IMG/VR virus record: IMGVR_UViG_3300037485_001404 | Location: 1 to 64,000 of that record | DNA: 64,000 bases | Reading direction: 5' to 3' (one strand) | Source: a virus | Part shown: one piece after another, positions 1-8,618 of the stretch | How positions within the stretch are numbered: position 1 is the first letter of the stretch | Layout: each line of letters starts with the position of its first letter | The notes under the pieces: generated by a model | The model's database searches: none | What the model was told of the DNA's origin: nothing | Seen by the model: only the letters and a program-made list of their open reading frames with translations | Program-made: the position numbers and the translations under genes

Positions 1-106
1 CTGAGAGATTGGATAAGATGGGTGATCATCACAATGCACTATTGAAATTGGTAAGAGAGAAGGCACCAGATATTTACGTTGAGTTTTGCAATATGGAGAT
101 TAAGTA

Positions 107-253
107 ATGGAACCGAATTTGAAGCAACAGATAAATGAATTGCTGTTCCAGGTATTGAATGAGAGAACAACGCTGAAAGAGTTTGACGAGATCGCTTGCA
201 GTATCTATAAACAAATTTTAGATCATAATGATGAGATGACGAGGAAAGAATGA
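107..253 (+). CDS. small hypothetical protein (48 aa)
   Basis: Read by hand (MEPNLKQQINELL...). TAATG overlap with an upstream partial ORF ending at 107 and ATGA overlap with the next gene. Confidence 0.55.
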   Translation: MEPNLKQQINELLFQVLNERTTLKEFDEIACSIYKQILDHNDEMTRKE

Positions 254-468
254 AAGCGAATATCGAATTTAATTTGCCAGAGGAACAAGATGAATTTGAA
301 TGCGCCGTTGATGCAACGAAGTGGAAGAAAGTGTGTGAAGATTTTGCTAATAAACTCAGAAACCATTGGAAATATGGCGCTGACGTAAATGCAGAGGGTT
401 TGATAAATCTTGAGAAAATCAAAGAAGAATTCTTTGACTGCCTACATTCTGAGGGTCTTAGTCTCTAG
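250..468 (+). CDS. small phage hypothetical protein
   Basis: 72 aa, starts MKANIEFNLPEEQDEF; translationally coupled to the previous ORF. Confidence 0.7.
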   Translation: MKANIEFNLPEEQDEFECAVDATKWKKVCEDFANKLRNHWKYGADVNAEGLINLEKIKEEFFDCLHSEGLSL

Positions 469-2200
469 GTAGATGTGGAAACATATCATCATACTCACTA
501 GAAACCATCTTACCGTCTATCATCTTAGAAGCAATCCGGGGCTGCAATACTTGATTTCTCGGTGAGATCACATCGAGAATACAAGGCAACGGATTATCTT
601 GCATTCTTTCGATAGCTCCACGAAGACTGGACACATGCTTTACATCTTCATAATCTATCCCATAAGCAGAAGCTACATCGCTGAGCTGCGGAAGACCCAA
701 GCCAGTATTCATTCCTTCTCCAATATGCCTACCATCTTGGAAGTTCTTCTGGGTTTGTCTGATCAATAGGTATCCGTCATTGTTTACCACTATGATCTTT
801 ATGGGCCAACCATTCCTTGCTATAGTACCTAATTCTTGGATATTGAATTGAATTGAACCATCTCCAGTGATGCAGTAGACAGATGGATCTGCTTCTTTCT
901 TCCTAGCCTCTGCCACTCCAATTACTGCTGGCATATAACCCATGGTAGACAGACCTCCGGTAATGATACACCGTTGTCCTTCCTTAACTCTAAAGGCTTG
1001 AGCAAACGCATGGAAACAAGAACCTGTGTCTACTACAAACACATCACCTTCTCTACTCAACTGCGACAATATATCCATTAGAACATAAGAATTGATACCG
1101 TCGCCTACATCTCTTATATATTCTTTTAAGCATACCGGGAATTGAAATTTCCAACTCTGAGTCACAAATCTCCATCTCTCTGTATTATATGACTCAGGTA
1201 GCCTGTACCGTACCATCTGGACAAACTCTCTGGCATCCATCTCTATCTTCAGGTCTATGTTCAAAGAAGGTTTTTCTAATTCATCCCAGTCTATGTCTAC
1301 CATTATCTTCTTAGCTTTCGGTGCAAACTTGTCATAATCATGACCAATAAGCCCGATAGCCATTCTACATCCAATGGATATAAGCAAATCACAATTGTTT
1401 ATTGCGAAGTTAGCAGCTCTGTCTCCATAGGTTCCAGGGTGGCCTACAAAGCAAAAGTGATCGTAGGGAACTAGATCCATCCCTAGTCTACTGGTAACAA
1501 TAGGGATGTTATGTGTCTCAGCCAAAGCAAGTAGTTCAGTCCTAGCACCAGATACCCTTACGCCAGCGCCAGCTAGGATTAAAGGCTTCTTAGACTTGAG
1601 GATCAAGTCCATTGCTTTGTCTATTTCTGATCTATTGTTTAGTTTGATCTCCATAGGGCTATACCCTACCTGTAGATCAGGGTCCATTTGCATCCCTTGA
1701 ATATCGAGAGGCACTTCAAACCATACAGGTCCTGGTCTACCCTGTTTTGCTTTGTAGATGCACTTCTCTAGCTCATACTTTACACGGTCTACATCTTCGA
1801 TCATGATGAAGTATTTGACTACATGCTCAAATATAGGTTCGGTATCCCAACCTTGCAATGGAAATTGTCTGACGTTAGTTACTCTGGCTTGGGATAATTT
1901 CGATTGACCAGCGAGGATTATACACGGGGAGCCATCAACGTAAGCACCGGCTACCGAAGTGAGCGTGTTGAGCGCCCCAGGGCCAGCCGTGACCATTGCC
2001 ACACCAGGTCTCCCGGTGAATCTCCCCAAGGCTTCAGCCGCCATGACTGCAGCTTGCTCGTGATTATGGCAGACGAATTGCATCTCTGGATGGACACAAA
2101 TTGCATCGGTTAGATGCATTATCATCCCACCTGAAACCATAAAGATTGTCTCTACGCCTTCTGCGTACAGTCTTTGTATGATGTAATCAGCTACTCTCAT
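458..2200 (-). CDS. thiamine diphosphate-dependent enzyme (acetolactate synthase-like fold, YerE-like clade likely)
   Basis: HNHEQAAVMAAEA (catalytic Glu), VTAGPGALN, GRPGPVWFEVPLDIQ, and the ThDP-binding motif TGDGS...NNDGY. Confidence 0.93.
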   Translation of the reverse strand: MRVADYIIQRLYAEGVETIFMVSGGMIMHLTDAICVHPEMQFVCHNHEQAAVMAAEALGRFTGRPGVAMVTAGPGALNTLTSVAGAYVDGSPCIILAGQSKLSQARVTNVRQFPLQGWDTEPIFEHVVKYFIMIEDVDRVKYELEKCIYKAKQGRPGPVWFEVPLDIQGMQMDPDLQVGYSPMEIKLNNRSEIDKAMDLILKSKKPLILAGAGVRVSGARTELLALAETHNIPIVTSRLGMDLVPYDHFCFVGHPGTYGDRAANFAINNCDLLISIGCRMAIGLIGHDYDKFAPKAKKIMVDIDWDELEKPSLNIDLKIEMDAREFVQMVRYRLPESYNTERWRFVTQSWKFQFPVCLKEYIRDVGDGINSYVLMDILSQLSREGDVFVVDTGSCFHAFAQAFRVKEGQRCIITGGLSTMGYMPAVIGVAEARKKEADPSVYCITGDGSIQFNIQELGTIARNGWPIKIIVVNNDGYLLIRQTQKNFQDGRHIGEGMNTGLGLPQLSDVASAYGIDYEDVKHVSSLRGAIERMQDNPLPCILDVISPRNQVLQPRIASKMIDGKMVSSEYDDMFPHLPRD

Positions 2201-3186
2201 TACCTACTCAACCTTTCTGCTACCTCAAGTATGATATCTTCTTGTCCCCCAACTATTCCTCGTTTGCCTAGCTCGCGGATAACTTGGTGTGGGTTGACGT
2301 TATACCTCTCTGAGACTCTGATAATGTGCTTGATAAATCCTGAAAACACACCCGATATTCCACTGGTGATACATTCATTAGAAATGCTGTGAGTTTTAGC
2401 GAACAGTTTCTCAGCTAGGAGTACAGCATCAAACAACTTATCTAGGTTTATACCACAATACTCACGGTAGATAGAGACCAGTATTTCAATGGGAGTATTA
2501 CCTGCTCCAGCTCCAAAACCCTTAGCTGTACCGTCAATAATGGTGGCTCCTGCCCCGATTGCTTCCAGGCTATTCGCAACGCTTAGGCCGAGATTATTAT
2601 GGGCATGAAAACCAATAGGTATTGGGAGGTATTTGGACAGTTTGGAGATCCGCAGTCTCACATCATCGGGGAACATCGTGCCAGCGGAATCCATCAAAAT
2701 GACAGCTTCCGCTCCATATCTCTCCATCTTTTCTGCTTCCAATAACAACGCTACAGATTCTAGCATGTGAGACATCATCAATACACCATAAGGTATCTTA
2801 CCTGCAGCCCTTACATGCCGGATATGCCGTTCAGTTATGTTAGCTTCAGAGCAATGACAAGCTATTCTAAAGATGTCAGCTCCTGCCTCGATTGCAGGTT
2901 GGATGTCTTTTTTGATCGTGGCAAACCCAGGTATGGCAAAGACTTGTAGCTTGGCTTTCTTTAATGCTGATTTAGCAGCTCTAAGCATATCGAAGTCGGA
3001 TTCTTTTGATTCCCCGAGCTGAAGGGAACTAGCACCAAGTCCATTACCATGGCCTACTTCTACAGCATAAATTCCAGTTGCATCTAAGGCTTTACAATAT
3101 TGCGTTATATGGTCTACGGATAATTGGTGAGAAGCTGCATGATTCCCATCTCTCAAGGTAACATCTGTAAAGGTGACTCCTTTCAT
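2200..3186 (-). CDS. dmpG: 4-hydroxy-2-oxovalerate aldolase
   Basis: DVTLRDGNH, EVGHGNGLGASS, GFHAHNNLGL, GAGAGN, and the C-terminal VGGQEDII of the DmpG/MhpE family. Confidence 0.95.
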   Translation of the reverse strand: MKGVTFTDVTLRDGNHAASHQLSVDHITQYCKALDATGIYAVEVGHGNGLGASSLQLGESKESDFDMLRAAKSALKKAKLQVFAIPGFATIKKDIQPAIEAGADIFRIACHCSEANITERHIRHVRAAGKIPYGVLMMSHMLESVALLLEAEKMERYGAEAVILMDSAGTMFPDDVRLRISKLSKYLPIPIGFHAHNNLGLSVANSLEAIGAGATIIDGTAKGFGAGAGNTPIEILVSIYREYCGINLDKLFDAVLLAEKLFAKTHSISNECITSGISGVFSGFIKHIIRVSERYNVNPHQVIRELGKRGIVGGQEDIILEVAERLSR

Positions 3187-4040
3187 ACTCCCCCCTTTTC
3201 AATTTCTTCAGCCAGTGCTATAGCAGCACAGTTGATAATGTCCAGGTTTCCGGCATAGGTTGGAAGATAATCTCCTCTCCCTGTTACCTTTATCGTCACA
3301 CAAATCCTGCCATTCTCAAGTATAGGCCAAAGGATTATCTGATACCCCTGAACATACACTTCCATTTCTTTTTCAAGAAACTTGAGACAATTATTCAAAG
3401 TATTCAAGTTGGCCATTTGTACTTTTGCATAGATAGTAGTTTGCATATCAATAGGGGGTTGAGCGGGGTTGAGATTTAGTATTGCTTTTGATCTAGTCAC
3501 TCCAGTGAACAATTTGATAGCACTCTCAGTGGCGTGGATGTACTCATCCAGATTGGCGCGCGTTGCAAGCCCCGCACTGTATGATGAAATACTAGATACC
3601 ACTTCGATATATTCTACCTTAAGTTGAGTCTTACTTATGGCCCATGCAATTGGGATGGCAGCTTGTCCACCGCATGTGATCAAACTTAGATTGTTATAGT
3701 TCAAGCATTCCAGCATATTTATTGCGGGGATGCAAGACTTCCCAATCTTGGATGGAGTCAAGTCAATGACACGAATACCGAGCTTAGATAGCACTTCATT
3801 ATGGATCAAATGAGACTCAGCAGAGGTGCAGTCAAAGACCATTTTGCAGCATTTAGGATTATCTTTGATATAGTCTATCCCTCTATCGCTGCATACGACT
3901 CCTGTTTTTGCGCCCACCGCCATTCCAGGGGAATCGAAGTTCCTTCCAAGAAAAGCAGTGCATTCTAAATGCTTCGACCTCATTACTTTGATCAGTAGAT
4001 CCGTACCGACATTCCCGGTCCCTAAGATTGCAACCTTCAT
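3183..4040 (-). CDS. dmpF: acetaldehyde dehydrogenase (acylating)
   Basis: Rossmann GTGNVGTDL, ITCGGQA with catalytic Cys, TRANLDEY, GDYLPTYAGNLDII; adjacent to dmpG. Confidence 0.95.
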   Translation of the reverse strand: MKVAILGTGNVGTDLLIKVMRSKHLECTAFLGRNFDSPGMAVGAKTGVVCSDRGIDYIKDNPKCCKMVFDCTSAESHLIHNEVLSKLGIRVIDLTPSKIGKSCIPAINMLECLNYNNLSLITCGGQAAIPIAWAISKTQLKVEYIEVVSSISSYSAGLATRANLDEYIHATESAIKLFTGVTRSKAILNLNPAQPPIDMQTTIYAKVQMANLNTLNNCLKFLEKEMEVYVQGYQIILWPILENGRICVTIKVTGRGDYLPTYAGNLDIINCAAIALAEEIEKGGV

Positions 4041-4120
4041 GATATTTTCCTCCGAAAAGAAGATACCTTAAGATTGTGAGAAGTTCAAGCAGTGTCTATA
4101 GATTAGACACCTAAAAGGGG

Positions 4121-4149
4121 TTGACAAAGGGTCCGGGAGGGGGTAGGCT
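4121..4149 (+). promoter_or_regulatory. putative sigma70 promoter for the SSB/nuclease/helicase operon
   Basis: TTGACA (4121-4126), 17-nt spacer, TAGGCT (4144-4149); palindrome GTGTCTA-N5-TAGACAC at 4092-4110 just upstream. Confidence 0.55.
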
Positions 4150-4229
4150 TGACTCTCCCCTGCGAGGACCGCCAAGTTGGAAAAGGTTTTCCTATCAGGC
4201 ACTTTCGCACAATATGAAAGGTTCCCACT

Positions 4230-4610
4230 ATGTCGTTTCAGAATCTCGATCTGACCAAAGTCTACCACAAGTATGCAGAAAAAACTAAGGGTGAAGTTAT
4301 CGTAGAAGGGTTCTTTATTGGGTCCACTCAAGGAACCTATGGGATCCAGCATAATTTCCGTACACTGGACGGGAAACTTCATGTGCTTAACTCTGCTGGT
4401 CATCTGAATTACGCTGTAGAACAGCTTACCGTAGGCAACTTTTGTCAAATTAGATATGACGGGGAAATCCGTCTGACCAAAGGACCTATGGCCGGTAAGA
4501 ATGCTCACCAATTCCTCGTTGCAGTAGACCCCGATCGCAAAATGGGTGTAGACCCTACTCCTGTGCCTATCGAGGAACCCAAGCCCGACAATGACGATCC
4601 ATTGTTCTAA
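4230..4610 (+). CDS. putative single-stranded DNA-binding protein (OB fold)
   Basis: 126 aa, beta-rich, with an acidic/aromatic C-terminal tail DNDDPLF typical of SSBs; precedes the exonuclease. Confidence 0.65.
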   Translation: MSFQNLDLTKVYHKYAEKTKGEVIVEGFFIGSTQGTYGIQHNFRTLDGKLHVLNSAGHLNYAVEQLTVGNFCQIRYDGEIRLTKGPMAGKNAHQFLVAVDPDRKMGVDPTPVPIEEPKPDNDDPLF

Positions 4611-4633
4611 TCTTTATCTGGAAAGCATACCCA

Positions 4634-5554
4634 ATGACAGATGAAAATCAGGTAAAGTATATTTCCTATTCAGCATCCAATACTCTCTTAGGGTGTGAGC
4701 GGAAATATTGGTTTGAGAAGGTAGTAAAACAAGCGTATGACGCAGACTACTCTGATGATAAAGAAGCTCTTTGCGTAGGCAAGGCGTATCATCAAACTCT
4801 TGAATTGTCCAAGCATAGCTCGAAGAATTACAGCGATGAACTTCTCAACAAAGCTATCAAAGAGAATAACCTCTCCGATCATCATCGCTACATCGTCTTT
4901 GCCTCTCTCATTGCATACTACAAACTCAGAAGGGGATCGGCTCTCCAGTGTATCGCTTGTGAAATCAAGGTAGGCAATGAACAATTCGTAGGGTATATCG
5001 ATGCCGTCCTTGTGGATTCCTATGGCAACTGGTGGATCTGTGACCTCAAGACCTCTGGACAAATTCAGGAGGGGATGTTCGCTAGGCTCACTATGGACAC
5101 GCAACTTAATCTGTATGCCTACTTTGCATCCCAGGTAGCAGAACAACTCAATCTCTCCATGGATCAATTCATGGGAGTAAGGTATTGCGTTGTCGGTAAG
5201 TCGAGGATGAAGGTCAAGCCCACTGAATCTCTCATTGAGTTTGCTACGAGAGCCAACGTAACCTGTTATGATATTGAGATAGAGAAGCAGGACATGCAAC
5301 CTGTTGCCGCATTTAATTCTATGATGCGGTTATTGGACAGAGCTAATGCACTGACAGAAGTAGAAATAGTTCCTAATAGGAACAATTGCATTCAGTATAG
5401 CTCACCGTGTCCGTATTGGTCGCAGTGTCATAATGGCAAGACTTATTCAGCCTGCTGTGAAGCCGTGAAGTCTTTTGATCAAAACTCAATCAACGATCGA
5501 AGTCGGATTCCAGCGGTTACTGTAGTGGAAAATGACTTAGATATTTTAGCATAA
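4634..5554 (+). CDS. Cas4/RecB-like PD-(D/E)XK exonuclease
   Basis: ISYS...GCERKY, GKAYH, CEI, GYIDAV, ICDLKTS, QLNLY, and C-terminal CxxxxxxCPYxxxC (Fe-S ligands). Confidence 0.88.
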   Translation: MTDENQVKYISYSASNTLLGCERKYWFEKVVKQAYDADYSDDKEALCVGKAYHQTLELSKHSSKNYSDELLNKAIKENNLSDHHRYIVFASLIAYYKLRRGSALQCIACEIKVGNEQFVGYIDAVLVDSYGNWWICDLKTSGQIQEGMFARLTMDTQLNLYAYFASQVAEQLNLSMDQFMGVRYCVVGKSRMKVKPTESLIEFATRANVTCYDIEIEKQDMQPVAAFNSMMRLLDRANALTEVEIVPNRNNCIQYSSPCPYWSQCHNGKTYSACCEAVKSFDQNSINDRSRIPAVTVVENDLDILA

Positions 5555-5568
5555 GAAGGATAAGTACA

Positions 5569-6303
5569 GTGAAAATAGCAATTAAAAATCTCGCAGTTGA
5601 TGTGTACCTTGGGATTATTCGTCTACAAATTGAAATCTCAAACGAAGTTAACTCTCTCGACTGCAACTTTTTTCATCCGGTAAGCAATGAAAAGAAACCC
5701 CTCCCTGCTGAACTGGAGTCGTGGATTTTTGCAAAACAAATCCACGCAGAGCAGATCTTCAATGGAAGATTCTCCGCAAAGTCTGTTGTCGGATCGATTG
5801 AACCTTCCAAAGTACCTGGGATGCCTATTGATAGCGGTGTGCCTGTTCAAGCTCTCGTGGAACCTTTGGCTCCTGTGCCGCCACCTCCACCCGTGATCCA
5901 AGCGGCAAAACCGCCGGTCATGGCTGCAGGGGTTCCACTCTCCGGTCCCAAGGGGATTCCTCCACCCCCTCCAAAACCGCCCGCACCGCCGCCTCCTAGC
6001 CCCGTAGCGACACCGAAACCAGTACCGCCTCCACCAGTACCACCCGTAGTTAAGGCAGATAGTCCTTCAGGAATACTTTACGGGAGAAACAATCCAGAAC
6101 ATACTAATCACCTAAGAGCTATCTTGGTTGCTAAGTACGGTAAAGACTGGTCTACTGATCTTCCGGTCAAGCTCAGAGCACAAGCTATGATCCCATTGCT
6201 TGACGGTAATGTCGTTATTCTGGCTGCAGACGGTAAGACTGTACATCCTTCTTTCCCACAGAAGGTGATAGACTTTATGGATGCAAAGCTTCATTCATTC
6301 TAA
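5569..6303 (+). CDS. hypothetical protein with long proline-rich linker
   Basis: 244 aa; central PPPP-rich segment; GTG start after AAGGA. Confidence 0.75.
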   Translation: MKIAIKNLAVDVYLGIIRLQIEISNEVNSLDCNFFHPVSNEKKPLPAELESWIFAKQIHAEQIFNGRFSAKSVVGSIEPSKVPGMPIDSGVPVQALVEPLAPVPPPPPVIQAAKPPVMAAGVPLSGPKGIPPPPPKPPAPPPPSPVATPKPVPPPPVPPVVKADSPSGILYGRNNPEHTNHLRAILVAKYGKDWSTDLPVKLRAQAMIPLLDGNVVILAADGKTVHPSFPQKVIDFMDAKLHSF

Positions 6304-6401
6304 TTTTCCGGTAGTCGGTCTCCAAGCAATAAACTTTCGTCAATCAAACCTCAGCGACGGAACACGTTAGATACCGGCTACCTTTCCTTTTAGGAGACAC
6401 T

Positions 6402-6656
6402 ATGTCATTTACAGAAGAACTTAGAAAGACTATCGAAGATTTTAGTAAGAAGCATAACAAGAAAGTGTTCATCATCGGCGTTCTGGATAATGATGAAGAG
6501 GATTTTGTTACGTGCATCTACGGTACAGCTAGTATGGGAACACTGGCTAAATGCCACCTGTCTATGGGGGCAGCATTGGCAGATACTATAAAGGACAAGG
6601 CTGAATCTGAATGTGGTTGTCCTGAATGTATTAAAGAGAGGGGAGATGTAAATTGA
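6402..6656 (+). CDS. hypothetical protein
   Basis: AGGAG RBS; 84 aa; C-terminal CGCPEC. Confidence 0.75.
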   Translation: MSFTEELRKTIEDFSKKHNKKVFIIGVLDNDEEDFVTCIYGTASMGTLAKCHLSMGAALADTIKDKAESECGCPECIKERGDVN

Positions 6657-6925
6657 ACCCAGAAGGAATAAGTAATATCGCTAGAAATCAACTAGAGATA
6701 GACCTAAAGATTGCTTTGACAAAGATTATGGCAGACCATGGAACCAATGTTCTTATGTTGTCTTACCTGAAGAAAGAAGGTGACGAAAACACCTTTGGAT
6801 TGTTTATCTTTGGTTTGGGAAGTAGGAGAGATCTTACTGCAATGCATGCAAATAGTGGCAAGAGTCTGCAGCAGATTGTTGCAGGTAAAGTGGGTCTAAC
6901 CCCTGTAGAGGGAGACATGAACTGA
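6653..6925 (+). CDS. hypothetical protein (probable paralog of 6402-6656)
   Basis: Coupled to the previous gene; shares its residue pattern. Confidence 0.7.
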   Translation: MNPEGISNIARNQLEIDLKIALTKIMADHGTNVLMLSYLKKEGDENTFGLFIFGLGSRRDLTAMHANSGKSLQQIVAGKVGLTPVEGDMN

Positions 6926-7329
6926 TGTCTGCTTGTTTCAATTGCTTTTGGTACAGCGGGATATCTTATCTTAGTAGTAACCCCTGCAGTTGGGTTGAAG
7001 AGTTTCAGCATCCATCGCAAGGAAGACCAGCTGATTGTCCTCTTAGGGCCGATGAACAGTATAAGAAACAACTCCAAGAAGAAGTGAGAAGAATGATGGA
7101 AGAGAAGGGATTAGCAGGAACTATGTTGAGAGTCAATAATAATGTCTATGTAGTAGACTGGATTCTGTTTGACGATAGCGACAGTGTGCTGTCTAACGGT
7201 AAGAAAATATTCTCTTCACAGTGTAAGGCTAAAGAGTTTATCCGCACACTTGAAGCAGCTAGGGATACATTGAAAATCAATGTTCTAAAACTCAGAATCA
7301 CTGAAGCTTCGATGACACTAGACTCATGA
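6925..7329 (+). CDS. hypothetical protein, Cys-rich N-terminus
   Basis: TGATG overlap; CxxC...C...CP pattern. Confidence 0.65.
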   Translation: MSACFNCFWYSGISYLSSNPCSWVEEFQHPSQGRPADCPLRADEQYKKQLQEEVRRMMEEKGLAGTMLRVNNNVYVVDWILFDDSDSVLSNGKKIFSSQCKAKEFIRTLEAARDTLKINVLKLRITEASMTLDS

Positions 7330-8618
7330 CTATCATCCTGTACCAGCATCAATTGGAAACGTACGATAGGCTGGTAAAAGAAAAGTACCTGCTTATCGGA
7401 TCAGAGCAGGGTACAGGAAAGTCCTTTCCTGCAATTAAACTAGCCTGTGAACTTAAAAGACGCTGTGTCATAGTGTCTCCCGCGTACCTTTGTGAAAACT
7501 GGTATCGTGAGACTAAGGTTTGGGACGAGAACGCTGATGTCTCTATCTTTCCCAAGATGGCACGCATAACAATTATCAGCTACGACAGAGCATATAAATC
7601 CACTCAGTTGTTCCAATCTATTCAATGTCTAATTCTAGACGAGGTACAGAAGATTGCCAACCTGAGTACCAAGAGAACAAAAGCTATACATGAAGCAGTA
7701 AAACTCTACCGTCCTGAATATGTGGGCCTACTCTCTGGAACACCTATGCGGAATAGAGTACCGGAACTCTATTCTCCTTTAACCCTTCTAGATTATGGCA
7801 GAGAGATGGGTTTCAAAATTGCATTTCCATCTCAGTTTATGTTCAATATGACCTTCTGTGAAATGTTTAATCAGAAGATAGGGTTCAGGTCTATAACGCA
7901 GTTCAGGGGATGCAAGAATGAGGACCTACTGAAAAAATGGCTGCAGCCAGCGATGATCAGATATAAATTGGATGAGTGTACGGATATCCCGGAAGTCGTA
8001 TACTGCAATAGAACTATAAATGCAGATGTGGATAGGGACCTGGAACTTCTCATGGGCACCTCTGTAGATAGAATCCTCGAAGGAGGATGGGAGAATATAG
8101 CGATACCTGATACCCCTCCTGCACACATCATGTCGGCTAAGATGGAATCAGCTATGATGAAGGCTCCATCTACAGTGGAGATTGTTCTAGAGGAACTAGA
8201 ATCCAATAACCCAATTGTAGTATTCTCTGATCATGTTAGACCTGTCCACATGATGGCCGAAGCATTGAGGGAGAAGAAGTTTAAGGTCGCTACGATTACT
8301 GGTTCTACTCCAATGAAAGAGCGTGACAACAATGTTCAAGCATTCCAAGCTGGAAAGCTAGACGTACTTATTGGGACCATAGGTGCTATGTCCACAGGGA
8401 TAACGCTCACAAAGTCTAGGGTCTGCATTTTCAACGATATGTCGTGGGTACCAGCAGATAACATGCAGGCTGTGGGAAGAATTAGACGTATCACTCAGAC
8501 AAGAAAATGCCTCGTTATCCAAGTGACCCGTAAAGGGATTGATTCTAAGATAACGAGGATGCTGAATGAGAAGGCAAAGACCATTAAATCTATTATAGAT
8601 TCAGCTAGTCCTTCTTAG
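7326..8618 (+). CDS. SNF2-family (SF2) helicase
   Basis: LYQHQ, EQGTGKS, LILDEVQ, LLSGTPMRN, VVFSDH, TGITLT, QAVGRIRR motifs. Confidence 0.93.
   Translation: MTIILYQHQLETYDRLVKEKYLLIGSEQGTGKSFPAIKLACELKRRCVIVSPAYLCENWYRETKVWDENADVSIFPKMARITIISYDRAYKSTQLFQSIQCLILDEVQKIANLSTKRTKAIHEAVKLYRPEYVGLLSGTPMRNRVPELYSPLTLLDYGREMGFKIAFPSQFMFNMTFCEMFNQKIGFRSITQFRGCKNEDLLKKWLQPAMIRYKLDECTDIPEVVYCNRTINADVDRDLELLMGTSVDRILEGGWENIAIPDTPPAHIMSAKMESAMMKAPSTVEIVLEELESNNPIVVFSDHVRPVHMMAEALREKKFKVATITGSTPMKERDNNVQAFQAGKLDVLIGTIGAMSTGITLTKSRVCIFNDMSWVPADNMQAVGRIRRITQTRKCLVIQVTRKGIDSKITRMLNEKAKTIKSIIDSASPS

Noticed and set aside
458-4040. ilvB for branched-chain amino acids, or an aromatic meta-cleavage pathway
   Set aside because: No regulatory subunit, ilvC/ilvD, dioxygenase or hydratase nearby; the three-gene combination fits sugar-branching chemistry better.
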